The notes under the pieces were generated by a model. It did not search any database, was not told where the DNA came from, and worked only from the letters and a program-made list of their open reading frames with translations. DNA of 63,677 nt, counting the filler, from a candidate division TA06 bacterium SM23_40 (GTDB lineage Bacteria; LJUI01; SM1-40): assembly GCA_001303705.1 (NCBI GenBank). It is 6 parts of 6 records of this genome, joined end to end, with 100 filler letters (N's around TTAATTAATTAA, not from the genome) between each part and the next. Parts side by side here need not be neighbours in the genome. Positions count along the whole stretch, not along the records: positions 24,363 to 42,892 come from LJUI01000038.1; positions 42,993 to 53,116 come from LJUI01000167.1; 4 more parts are not named here. One strand, given 5' to 3'. A program made the translations under genes and the position numbers. Shown piece after piece: positions 38,341 through 48,214 of this stretch; the first letter of the stretch is position 1; each line of letters starts with the position of its first letter.

Positions 38341-38809
38341 GAGACCGCTCATAAATGTCGAGTCGCACGAGCCGGGATCGGCAAAGGGAATCTATCATCT
38401 GGTCATACATCTTTCGCAATCCCGGGGTATCGCAGTCGGAAGGCTGGGCTGGCATTTCTTCCCCCGTGGGTACTATGTATACACGGGGAGCGCACTCAGC
38501 GGGCTCGGCGCCCGGCTCAATCGACACCTGCGGGAGGACAAGCGGGACCGCTGGCACATCGACTATCTCTTGCGCGCAGGGCGGCTGACCGAGATCTGGT
38601 ATCATGTAACCGGCAGGCGGCTCGAATGCACTGCCAACCAGGCAATCGCGAACATGCCCGGCGCGCGCGAGGTCGTCTGCGGATTCGGATCGTCCGACTG
38701 CCGATGCCGCACGCACCTCTGGCACTTCCGTGTCAGACCGAGACTCGATCGCTCGCGATTCCGGCCCGCGGCGCGCGCGGCACGCGTCGAGTCGGTCGAT
38801 CGTTCGTGA
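38324..38809 (+). CDS. GIY-YIG nuclease, DUF123 (Uri) family
   Basis: KGIY, GYYVYTGSA, RWHIDYL, GFGSSDCRCRTHL. Confidence 0.88.
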   Translation: MSQTTERPLINVESHEPGSAKGIYHLVIHLSQSRGIAVGRLGWHFFPRGYYVYTGSALSGLGARLNRHLREDKRDRWHIDYLLRAGRLTEIWYHVTGRRLECTANQAIANMPGAREVVCGFGSSDCRCRTHLWHFRVRPRLDRSRFRPAARAARVESVDRS

Positions 38810-38881
38810 TGTCGTCTTAGACCCTATACGCGCCTGGTGGCGGGGCCCTCACTCGCGATCGAGGGCTCGGGAGGCTGTCCG

Positions 38882-40144
38882 TTGGATCGGTTCGTCATCC
38901 AGGGCGGGAAGAGGCTGACGGGAGAGGTGACGGCGAGCGGGGCGAAGAACGCGGTCCTGCCCATCATGGCCGCAACGCTCCTCACTTCCCAGGAGTGCCG
39001 AATCGGGAACGTTCCACGTGTGGCGGATGTGACGACGATGAGGCGGGTGCTGGAAGTGCTCGGCTCCGAGGTCACTCACACTGATCACGAACTGGTGATC
39101 CGGTCGGGCAGCTCCCTGAGTCATGAAGCACCGTATGATCTCGTCCGCACAATGCGTGCCTCCTACTATGTGCTCGGTCCTCTCCTCGCCCGCGCCCACC
39201 GCGCCCGTGTCTCCCTGCCGGGAGGATGTGCGATCGGGGCACGGCCGATCGACCTCCATCTGCGAGGAATGGGCGAGCTCGGGGCCGATGTAGCGGTCGA
39301 GCACGGGTATGTCGTCGCCAGTTGTGGCCGGCTTCAGGGGAACCGGATGTCCCTCCTCGGCCCGGTGGGATCGAGCGTGGGGGCGACGATCAACGTGATG
39401 ATGGCAGCAACTCTCGCAGAAGGGACGACGGTCATCGAGGGTGCGGCCCTCGAACCGGAGGTGTCCGATGTCGCGTCCTTCCTGAGAGCGATGGGCGCCG
39501 CGATCGAAGGAGATGGCACACCGTTCATCACGATACACGGAGTCGAGGAACTCCACGGTGCCGAGCATGAGACGATTCCCGACAGGATCGAGACCGGGAC
39601 CCTCGCCGCTGCCGCGGCGATCACGGGCGGGGAGATCTCGATCGCCAAGTGTCGTCCTGACGATCTGCAGGCTGTGCTCTCGGTTCTGCGCAAGGCCGGG
39701 GTCTCGATCGAGGTCGGCGACGATCATCTCGCGGTATGGGCTGCTTCAGGACTTCGTTCAGTCGATGTGACGGTAGCTCCCTACCCGGGTTTCCCCACTG
39801 ACATGCAGGCCCAGATTACGGCGCTCATGTCAATCACTCCGGGAACGAGCATCATCACCGAGACGATCTTCGAGAATCGATTCCTTCACGTCTCAGAACT
39901 TCTGCGGCTCGGCGCCGAGATCAAGATCGAAGGTTCGAGTGCAATCGTGAGAGGAGTAGAGCGGCTCTCCGGAGCCTACGTGATGGCGTCTGACCTGCGG
40001 GCATCGGCAGCGCTCGTTCTCGCGGGTCTGGTGGCCTCAGGCGAGACGGTGGTCCGGCGCGTGTACCACCTCGACCGTGGGTACGAGCGGTTCGATGAGA
40101 AACTGGCGGGCCTCGGCGCCCGGATCAGGCGCGAGGAGGAATAG
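38882..40144 (+). CDS. murA: UDP-N-acetylglucosamine 1-carboxyvinyltransferase
   Basis: GAKNA, MRAS, LPGGCAIGARP (active Cys), FPTDMQAQ, FENRF, DLRA, HLDRGY. Confidence 0.96.
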   Translation: MDRFVIQGGKRLTGEVTASGAKNAVLPIMAATLLTSQECRIGNVPRVADVTTMRRVLEVLGSEVTHTDHELVIRSGSSLSHEAPYDLVRTMRASYYVLGPLLARAHRARVSLPGGCAIGARPIDLHLRGMGELGADVAVEHGYVVASCGRLQGNRMSLLGPVGSSVGATINVMMAATLAEGTTVIEGAALEPEVSDVASFLRAMGAAIEGDGTPFITIHGVEELHGAEHETIPDRIETGTLAAAAAITGGEISIAKCRPDDLQAVLSVLRKAGVSIEVGDDHLAVWAASGLRSVDVTVAPYPGFPTDMQAQITALMSITPGTSIITETIFENRFLHVSELLRLGAEIKIEGSSAIVRGVERLSGAYVMASDLRASAALVLAGLVASGETVVRRVYHLDRGYERFDEKLAGLGARIRREEE

Positions 40145-41223
40145 TGGGCGGGCCATTAGGTGAGCGCAGGGCGACGCGTCAGGTGATGGTAGGAGATGTT
40201 CGGGTCGGCGGCGGCGCGCCTGTTGTTGTCCAGTCGATGACCAAGACCGACACGCAGGATGTCGAGGCGACCGTTGCACAGATCCAGAAGCTCGAAGACG
40301 CGGGCTGTGAGATCGTGCGGGTCGCCGTGCGCGACATGGACTCATGCGCCAGGCTCGGGGAGATCAAGGCGGCTATCTCCATCCCCCTGGTTGCTGACAT
40401 CCACTTCGACTATCGGTTGGCCCTCGAGGCGATTCGGCAGGGAGTAGATAAGCTCCGCCTCAATCCCGGAAACATCGGGGGTCCCGCGAGGGTCGCGGAG
40501 ATCGTGGCCGGTGCCCGGGAGAGCGGAATCCCGATACGGATCGGCGTCAATGCAGGTTCGCTCGAGCCGGACCTCCTGGAACAGTACGGGCATCCGACCG
40601 CGGAAGCGATGGTCGAGAGCGCGCAGCGCCATGTTCGGCTGCTCGAGGGATTGGGCTTCCACGAAATCGTCATATCGCTCAAGGGATTCGATGTCCCGAT
40701 GACGATCGACGCGTATCGCCGGATGTCCGAGCGGGTCGACTATCCGCTCCACATCGGCATCACCGAGGCCGGCCTCCCCCCGTGGGGGAGCATCCGCTCT
40801 GCCGTGGGACTGGGCATACTCCTCGCAGAAGGGATCGGCGACACGATCCGCGTCTCATTGACCGCCGATCCTGTCGAGGAAGTCCGCGCCGCCTACGAGA
40901 TCCTGAAATCCCTCAACCTACGAGAGAAGGGTCCGATCATCATCTCCTGTCCCATCTGCGGCCGATGTGAGGTAGATATCGAATCGATGGCGGCGCGGGT
41001 TATCGAAGAACTCCGTTCGTGCGACCTTCCCATTCGCGTGGCCGTGATGGGGTGTGAGGTGAACGGTCCGGGAGAGGCGAGAGAGGCCGACGTCGGCATC
41101 GCTGCGGGAAGGAACGGCGGCATCCTCTTCGTGCGGGGGAAAAAAATCCGCCGCGTAGACAAAGACGAACTGCTCGACGCCCTCCTGAGCGAAGTAGCCC
41201 GCCTCACTCGGGGACGTTGGTAG
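40144..41223 (+). CDS. ispG: (E)-4-hydroxy-3-methylbut-2-enyl diphosphate synthase
   Basis: VQSMT, ADIHF, RLNPGNI, RIGVNAGS, GITEAG, GDTIRVSLT, SCPICGR, MGCEVNGPGE. Confidence 0.96.
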   Translation: MGGPLGERRATRQVMVGDVRVGGGAPVVVQSMTKTDTQDVEATVAQIQKLEDAGCEIVRVAVRDMDSCARLGEIKAAISIPLVADIHFDYRLALEAIRQGVDKLRLNPGNIGGPARVAEIVAGARESGIPIRIGVNAGSLEPDLLEQYGHPTAEAMVESAQRHVRLLEGLGFHEIVISLKGFDVPMTIDAYRRMSERVDYPLHIGITEAGLPPWGSIRSAVGLGILLAEGIGDTIRVSLTADPVEEVRAAYEILKSLNLREKGPIIISCPICGRCEVDIESMAARVIEELRSCDLPIRVAVMGCEVNGPGEAREADVGIAAGRNGGILFVRGKKIRRVDKDELLDALLSEVARLTRGRW

Positions 41224-41297
41224 TCGATGTCGTCAGGGACGTACCTGGGTTTTGAAGGTTATTCGTCGGGAAATTTGCCTTGACCGCGAAAAGATTA

Positions 41298-41326
41298 TTG
41301 CGGGACGCGTGTTCAGGTCTTATAGT
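41298..41326 (+). promoter_or_regulatory. putative sigma70 promoter of the RRM gene
   Basis: TTGCGG-N17-TATAGT. Confidence 0.45.
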
Positions 41327-41471
41327 ATATTGATGTCGGGCGAATGTCCGGGGTTGGGCGGAGGGGGCAATCAGAGTCCTCTCGGGTTTCATCACATCTT
41401 CATGAGGAGGTCGGAATCGCCTTGTTACTACCTCCAAATGAGCGAGAGGAGCACAGAGAGAGGAGGTCAGA

Positions 41472-41735
41472 ATGCGGGGCACCAAGCTGTATGTGGGCAA
41501 TCTCAGCTATTCTGTCACTAGCGAGCAGCTGGAAGGACTATTCTCCACTTACGGTGAGGTGAGAGAGGTCAGGATAATTGAGCGAAAAGGTTTCGGATTT
41601 GTCGAGATGTCCAGTCAAGCCGAAGCCGAACAGGCAAAAGAAGCATTGAACGGTACCGAATTCGAGGGGCGTACGCTGACGGTTGACGAAGCGCGTCCAC
41701 CGAGGGCGAAACGGAGAAGCGGGTATCGGGCATAA
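41472..41735 (+). CDS. single-RRM RNA-binding protein
   Basis: RNP2 LYVGNL, RNP1 KGFGFVEM, GRTLTVDEARP; AGGAGG SD. Confidence 0.93.
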   Translation: MRGTKLYVGNLSYSVTSEQLEGLFSTYGEVREVRIIERKGFGFVEMSSQAEAEQAKEALNGTEFEGRTLTVDEARPPRAKRRSGYRA

Positions 41736-42003
41736 TTGAGATCGACAGGTAGGATATACTCGCAGACAAACGGGGATGCAGCGGTATTTCACCGTTGGCG
41801 CGTGTAGAATGCCTGTGTTCAAGGATGCCTTCGGGGCACCGTAGCGGGCAGCTCTGTCTTTGATCTCGCGGCCGGTGAGTAGGGACGTTGGTAGGTTCTG
41901 AAGGTTATCGATGAGAGACCGCATGGTGCGAAACGGTCGGCATGTCTCATCCTCCAACCTACGGCACACCTCTCTCGTCGGCAGTCCACGAGAGAGGGGC
42001 TGC

Positions 42004-42892
42004 ATGATTGCTGGAACCTGCAAATCTCCTCGAGTGTTGCGTCGAGGTCGGACCAGCCTGATATTCAATCCCCAACATCGCTGGATACTAGTCGCATTGA
42101 TCCTGTGCGGGTGTGGGCGGAAGGCGCCGCCGCCGGGTATGCGGCCGGACAGGACTCCCCCCTCGGTGGTGAGTGTCGCGGCGCAGGAGCGGGAGCGCGT
42201 TGAGGTCGTTTTCGATGAGCCGATCGACCGGATGGATCTGAGGGATCTGGACCACTTCACGGTGACGGTCGCCTCCGACTCGACAGATACGCTCGGGCTA
42301 CTCCTCGCTATCGGTCGAGAGGACGGGCGTCGCGTCTATCTGATCACGGCTCCCCAGGACTCGATGGACTACGAGATGCGCATCTTCGACCTGAGCGACG
42401 CGGCGGGGAATGCACTCACTGAGACGAGCATGGTATTTGCTGGGAGCCTCACGCCGGATGAGAGTCCTCCTGCGGTATTGCGATATGAGCCCGCCGACCG
42501 TCGGATGAATGTCCCCCAATCGAGTCCTATTATTATCACCTTCGACGACAGGATGAACCGCAGCGCTACGGGTGCCGCGATCTCCATCGAGCCCACGGTC
42601 GAGGGCGCGATCGCATGGTCGCGGCAGTCGAGCATATTCCATTTCTTTCCCTCCGACACGTTTCCCAGCGATAGCATGATACGTGTGCGGGTCGGCAAAG
42701 ATGCTGCCGATCGAGGAGGCAATCAGCTCGGCAGGGAAGTGGAGTGGAGCTTCATCACCGAAGTCCGTCTCGACACCATTCCCCCAAGACTGAAAGACGT
42801 AGAACCCGACAGTGGGGCCGTACAGGTTCCTGTCAGCTCGGACATCGTCTTCACATTTAACGAAACGATGATCGCCACCGATCGGGCGGTGG
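42004..42892 (+). CDS. lipoprotein with Ig-like (Big_5/SbsA) repeats (truncated)
   Basis: Lipobox LCGC; repeated D.TPP..V....P.......I..TF.E/D motifs. Confidence 0.8.
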
Positions 42893-42992
42893 NNNNNNNN
42901 NNNNNNNNNNNNNNNNNNNNNNNNNNNNNNNNNNNNTTAATTAATTAANNNNNNNNNNNNNNNNNNNNNNNNNNNNNNNNNNNNNNNNNNNN
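42893..42992. other. artificial contig linker
   Basis: N/TTAATTAATTAA/N. Confidence 0.98.
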
Positions 42993-44237
42993 TTGCCATC
43001 CTGTTGCCATGTATGGTATGCTTCCCTCTATGGAAGGAGGGAATCATGCCGAGACACAGCCCATTTCTCATCGATCTGACCGTCGAGGAGCGAGAGGTTC
43101 TCAGGAGTCGGAGCCGGCAATATACGTTACCGTATCGTGACGTCATACGGGCCCGGCTTATCCTGCTTGCCGCTGAAGGCCTGTTCAACAAACAGATCGG
43201 AGAGCTGCTGAACCTCCCACGTGAGGTCGTCAGCAAGTGGCGAAAACGCTTCTATTTTGAGCGCCTCGCGGGACTGGAAGACCGACCGCGCAGAGGACGC
43301 CCTGCGGTCTTTTCCCCCTCGGATCGTGTGTGAGGTCAAGGCACTGGCCTGCGCACTGCCAGCTGAAACCGGACGTTCGCTTTCGCGCTGAAGCCGGGAG
43401 GACCTGAGGCGAGAAGTCATCGAACGCGGGATCGTGGCCGAGATCAGCGGCACCACGATCTGGCGGTGGCTCAGCGATGATGCCCTCCGGCCCTGGACGC
43501 GGCGCAGTTGGGTCTTCCCCCGTGATCCCGAGTTTGCCGAGAGAGCGGGCAGGGCACTCGATCTGTATCATCGCATCTGGCAGGCACAGCCCCTCGGCCC
43601 CAACGACTTCGTCCTGTGCGCGGACGAGAAGACCCAGCTTCAGATCCGGGAACGATGCCATCCGATCAGCCCGCCCGCTCCCGGTCGCCTGATGCGGGTT
43701 GAACACGAATACCGTCGTCATGGGGTCTGCGCCTACCAGGTGGCCCGGGATGTCCATCGCGCCAGGCTGTTCGGGCACGTCGTTCAGAGCTCGACCATCG
43801 AACACTTCGATCGGCTGGTTGCTCAGGTGATGACCACGGCTCCCTACCGATCGGCAACCCGGGTGTTCTGGATCGTTGACAACGGCACCATCCACCGTGG
43901 CCAGCGTGCCATCGACCGCCTCCAGACCCGATGGCCGAACCTCGTGCTGGTGCATCTGCCCCTGCATGCAAGCTGGCTCAATCAGGTAGAGATCTACCTG
44001 TCCATCGTGCAGAGAAAGGTACTCACTCCTGATGATTTTACCAGCTTCGGCCAGATCGCAGATCGCATCCTGGGCTTTCAGTCTCACTACCAGGAGGTTG
44101 CCCGTCCCTTCGACTGGAAGTTCACACGCCAGGACCTGGCTCGCACGCTCGACCGCGTGCAGGACTACCGGATGCGACCTGCCCACGCGGCGTAATCTTC
44201 AAGAATACGTGATAGAACTTCTGAACTGATGTACTAG
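42993..44237 (+). mobile_element. IS630-family insertion sequence (left end in gap)
   Basis: HTH ORF plus DDE ORF (ADEKT, IVDN, HASWLNQVE); right end ...GTACTAG consistent with TA-targeting IS630. Confidence 0.88.
43046..44195 (+). pseudogene. IS630 transposase, split by a slippage site and interrupted by an in-frame TGA at 43389
   Basis: ORF1 43046-43333; second frame reads ..PRIVCEVKALAC..LSR*SREDL.. where W is expected in LSRWS. Confidence 0.82.
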
Positions 44238-44252
44238 TTACAACTGCTGCTC

Positions 44253-44282
44253 ATCCTACGCCAAGTATGGGCGGCATGTCAA
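44253..44282 (-). promoter_or_regulatory. sigma70-like promoter pointing into the IS right end
   Basis: TTGACA-N18-TAGGAT on the minus strand. Confidence 0.5.
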
Positions 44283-45246
44283 GGAGGAAAGGCAACAATC
44301 AGCACCGACCGATTCCCACAGCTTCGTCACATGTATCAAGGAAATCCTGTGCCATATTTGTGCCAACTTCGTGCATCACTCCTCGTAATTGACCGCACTC
44401 ATCGTAGTCATCGTAAAACGAACTTCCGCCTTCTGGGACAATGAGTCAGGCGGAAGTCGTTGCTTGACAGCCCCGTATGAAATTGTGCTCCGTACGGATT
44501 TCAAGTCCGCTGCGTTACCAGTCAGGACTAGCCCTCCGCGGCTGCCTGCCTCATCACTGACGAGCTCGAGAAGATCGTGAGATAGGAGTACTGGAGAACG
44601 CCCACAACAAGCCGCGGGGTGTCCCCTAAGCGCGAGCGCGGTCGGCTGGTTCACTCACGCAGTAGATGTCAGGTCGGACACCCCGCGATTACATACTGGT
44701 CAGCGGTATATCCTATGAGTCCGCTGTCCAGGTCGTATTGTTCCATGTCAGGTGGATCGGAGTCCTCGTCGCTATCTGTCTCCTGTTCTCAGTATGTGGA
44801 CATAATATTGCTCGTCCCGGCACGTCCTGTATCATCTCGACTCAGATGCTCTCATGCCTCAGGTCACGACTGTAACGGATCGATCCAGCTTCCGGCCGAC
44901 ATACGCGCCCGAACGCTGCACTCGTAAGAAGCAATATCCGTGCCCATGTGCCGGCGATCGGTACGAGGGAGGTGCCGCGTCCCGCGTCAGTGCGCCGGCT
45001 CACTAACCTCGCCCGCATCAATAGATTCCCACACACACACGCACGTGCGTCTGCCATCGGGAAGCGGGCCGCACAATGATGATGTTCGGCGGCTCGTACA
45101 ACCGTTGGGGGATGATACCCACGCCGGGCGGCAGTTCTCCGATACCGTCTATCTAACGAGCGAACTGGCAAGCCTTATCTTCCCTGTGCCGATTTCCCCA
45201 ACACGTGTGTGATAACTCCCAGCAGCCACGCGGCCACCGATCGGTA

Positions 45247-45275
45247 TTGACACTGCCTGACCCGCCCAGTAGAAT
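45247..45275 (+). promoter_or_regulatory. sigma70 promoter
   Basis: TTGACA-N17-TAGAAT, 42 nt before the TTG start (GGAGG SD). Confidence 0.75.
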
Positions 45276-45317
45276 GCGAGAACCTGCGCCAGTGTTTTCA
45301 GCTATGGAGGTCGCCCG

Positions 45318-47375
45318 TTGTATAGAAGCGTGAGGTGTGCCCTGCTGGCGTTCTGCCTTGTTGCCCTCGCCCCGGGATGCAGACGAGAGGGCGAAGCACC
45401 GCGCCACGCGGAGTCCGGTGCCAGGCTCGTGATCGGAGTGACGGCCCTTCCCTCGGCGGCCAACCCGCTGGTGCCGGACTATTCCCGGACAGCGGATGTC
45501 GGCGACATCCTCTACGCGTCACTGCACACGGACGGCGCTGACGGCAAGATCGTGCCTGCCCTGGCAAAGCGCTGGGCATTCTCCGAGGATCTGCGCGATA
45601 TAATCTTCCAGATACGTGATCAGGCAATCTGGAGTGATGGTACACCGATCTCGTCCGCCGATATCCTGTTCACGCTGGAGAGGATCAGTGATCCCGCCTC
45701 CCGAGCGCGATGCGCCTCGTCTGTAGGCCTCATCCAGAGCGTCGAGTGCCCGGGAGAGGAGACCGTCGTCTTCGGGTTTGCGAACGTATTCTCCCGTCAA
45801 CTCCGCTGCACCGGGTTCCCGGTACTGCCCCAGCACGTGCTGCGAGGGATCGTCGACCTGTCATCGCCTGACCTCAGATGGCCCCTGGTATCGAGCGGCC
45901 CGTTCATGTTGGCGGCGCGGGAGGATGGCCGGTTCGTCGAACTCGCCGCCAATCCGCGGCACTTCGGCGCCCCGCCCTCCGTCGATGCGATCGTCCTGTG
46001 GCAGGCTCAGGACGGCGAGGCACTTGCCCGCGAACTTGGCCTCGGCCACCTCGACGTAGTAGACGGACTCCCCCCGCGTTACTACGAGCAGCTCAGGAGC
46101 GACGGGGAGATCCTGCTCCATCGGCATCCCGGGAGTTCCGTCATCTTCCTCGCCTGGAACCTGCACGACCCTCTCGTCTCGTCCCTCGATGTGCGCCGGG
46201 CGCTCACTCATGCGATCAACAGGCGTCAACTCGTGGATGGTCCGCTGTATGGTCTGGGAGATGTTGCACACGGGCCGCTGCCATCCACGTTCTGGGCCGC
46301 CAGAGAACAGCAGGGCAGGATACCGGCCTTCGACACTACGGCAGCCAACAGCATGCTCGAACAGGAAGGATGGAGGCGAAGACCGCGGAGGAGATGGCGC
46401 GAGAAGGAGAGACGGCCGCTCGAGCTCACCCTCCTGGTCGACCACGCGATCCCGGCGGGAGAAGAGATCGCCCGGGTGGTTGCCGATCAGCTGGCGGGCG
46501 TAGGAGTCTCGCTCGAGATCGCAGTCCTCGAGCCCGATACCCTTGCCCAGCGGCTCCAAGACGGGACCTTCACCGTCGCCCTTCTCGAGCGCACCGTGCG
46601 GAGCGATTTCGAGCCCGCGACATGGTGGCACTCCGATCCTCATCTCGGATGTCTCAATGTGGGAGGATATGCCTCGGCTTCCGTCGACAGTCTGCTGCAA
46701 CGCATCGATCGAAAGCTGAGAGAGGAGGAGACAGCCGAGGAGTGGGCGCTGCTCCAACAGCGCCTGCTGGATGATCTGCCCTGCACCGATCTCGTCGAAC
46801 CGGAGAGGATCGTGGCAGTCAATCGAAGGGTGCGCGGGTTTGATGGCCGCGACCCGAATCTGTACCGACAACTCGATCGCTGCTGGATTCCGAGAGGTGA
46901 GCGTGTCACCCTAGAGATAGCGAGCCTGGGGATGATCCCGGAGGAGCAGATCGAGGCCGCGCCCCGCCCGACTCCGATCCTAACACCGCCACCGCCATTG
47001 CCCCGAGCGGAGGAGATAGTAGAGGTGGCCGAACCGGCCGTTCTCGAGAGCGACACGGCACAGACGTCGACCCAGACAGGTACATCACCCCCGTTCCACG
47101 AACCGGTCGTCGTCGATCCCCGGATCCTGACACTTGCACCTGCAGTCTATCCCACGTCGGCCAAGCCCATGCGAGCCCAGGGGGTAGTCGAGGTCGAGGT
47201 GCTCGTCGGACCGGACGGTCAACCGCGAAGAACGCGCATCGCTTCGTCGTTCGGCCATCCCGCCTGCGAGCGGGCAGCAATGGAGGCGGCCATGGCGTCC
47301 CGGTTCACGCCCGGAACGAGAGATGGTGTGCCCCGCGAGATGTGGGTCCGCATTCCCTACAACTTCCGCCCCTAG
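45318..47375 (+). CDS. family 5 ABC substrate-binding lipoprotein fused to a Pro-rich linker and TonB C-terminal domain
   Basis: Lipobox APGC; PALAKRW, WSDGTPISSADILFT, SSGPF, VRRALTHAINR; PTPILTPPPPLP linker; YP..A...QGVVEVEVLVG.DG...RFTPG.RDG...V.IPYNF. Confidence 0.85.
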   Translation: MYRSVRCALLAFCLVALAPGCRREGEAPRHAESGARLVIGVTALPSAANPLVPDYSRTADVGDILYASLHTDGADGKIVPALAKRWAFSEDLRDIIFQIRDQAIWSDGTPISSADILFTLERISDPASRARCASSVGLIQSVECPGEETVVFGFANVFSRQLRCTGFPVLPQHVLRGIVDLSSPDLRWPLVSSGPFMLAAREDGRFVELAANPRHFGAPPSVDAIVLWQAQDGEALARELGLGHLDVVDGLPPRYYEQLRSDGEILLHRHPGSSVIFLAWNLHDPLVSSLDVRRALTHAINRRQLVDGPLYGLGDVAHGPLPSTFWAAREQQGRIPAFDTTAANSMLEQEGWRRRPRRRWREKERRPLELTLLVDHAIPAGEEIARVVADQLAGVGVSLEIAVLEPDTLAQRLQDGTFTVALLERTVRSDFEPATWWHSDPHLGCLNVGGYASASVDSLLQRIDRKLREEETAEEWALLQQRLLDDLPCTDLVEPERIVAVNRRVRGFDGRDPNLYRQLDRCWIPRGERVTLEIASLGMIPEEQIEAAPRPTPILTPPPPLPRAEEIVEVAEPAVLESDTAQTSTQTGTSPPFHEPVVVDPRILTLAPAVYPTSAKPMRAQGVVEVEVLVGPDGQPRRTRIASSFGHPACERAAMEAAMASRFTPGTRDGVPREMWVRIPYNFRP

Positions 47376-47622
47376 CCCGCTTCCTCGCCGTACATCACCT
47401 CGGGTCTCTCCCCCCGCACTGGCGAACAAGCCCGAAATCCGCGGAGCATGCTCCAACTCCGTCCATCGGCGTCCTGATACCGCGCCCATCCGTTTCCTCA
47501 GACCGCGTGCGATGGCGTTCTGATACCGAGCCCATCCGTCTCCTCAGACCGCATGCGCGAGCGTCCTGTGAGCCAGCCCATGGGCGTCGCGAGGCAGTGT
47601 TCGTGGGCATACATAATCTATC

Positions 47623-47820
47623 CCGTGGGCGCAGCCTGTATCGTGGGCGTAGCCCTCGTCATGAGCGTGGCCTGGGTCGTGCACATAGCCCGTGCCATGG
47701 GCGTAGCCCAGGTCGTGAGCGTAGCTCTGACCCTTGGCGTGGCTCGCGTCACGAGCGCACCTCGGGTCATGAGCGCAGCTTGTGTCAAGGGCGAAGCTTG
47801 GGTCGTGGGTGGTCACAGCC
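47623..47820. repeat. 18-bp degenerate tandem array, ~11 units (consensus TCRTGRGCGTAGCYYGKG)
   Basis: Units every 18 bp from 47623 to 47803; minus frame 47544-47876 would encode (Y/C)AHDxG repeats. Confidence 0.85.
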
Positions 47821-48012
47821 TGTGCGCGTTGCCTGCGTCGTGGTCGCAACGTGCGCACCCTGGCGCCGTGTGTCATGGCCGCAGTCTACGTCATGGCGTA
47901 GCCAGTTTCGTGATCGCATCACACACCTTCTGTTCACCGCGCCGCGTCGCACCGCAACTCGCTCTCCACGCAGGGACGGAGCCGCGGGCGGACGCCCCCT
48001 GCTTCAAACAAG

Positions 48013-48041
48013 TTGACAAGCGGCAGACTCTGTGGTAAGAA
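48013..48041 (+). promoter_or_regulatory. putative sigma70 promoter
   Basis: TTGACA-N17-TAAGAA with TG extension. Confidence 0.45.
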
Positions 48042-48214
48042 GGGAGCTGGCGGCGTCTTCGTCCGACGAAGGGCCAACTACGCGATGCCGGTTGGTGGGC
48101 GTGCCCTCGGCTCACAGGTCAGGGCTCCCCGGCCAAGATTCCCCGGCGAAGGCTCCCCGCCTATGCGTTTCAGCCCCACACGATGCCCCCTGGCGCTGAA
48201 CGAGGATTGTCACC

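Noticed and set aside
37918..38809. DUF6504 + GIY-YIG pair as a mobile or defence module
   Set aside because: Embedded in a housekeeping run (purQ-murA) with host-like composition; DUF123 nucleases are commonly chromosomal
43389..43391. UGA recoded as Trp/Gly/Sec (alternative genetic code)
   Set aside because: TGA is the normal stop of many intact genes here (hsdR, hsdS, purL, purQ); a single TGG>TGA mutation in an IS is simpler
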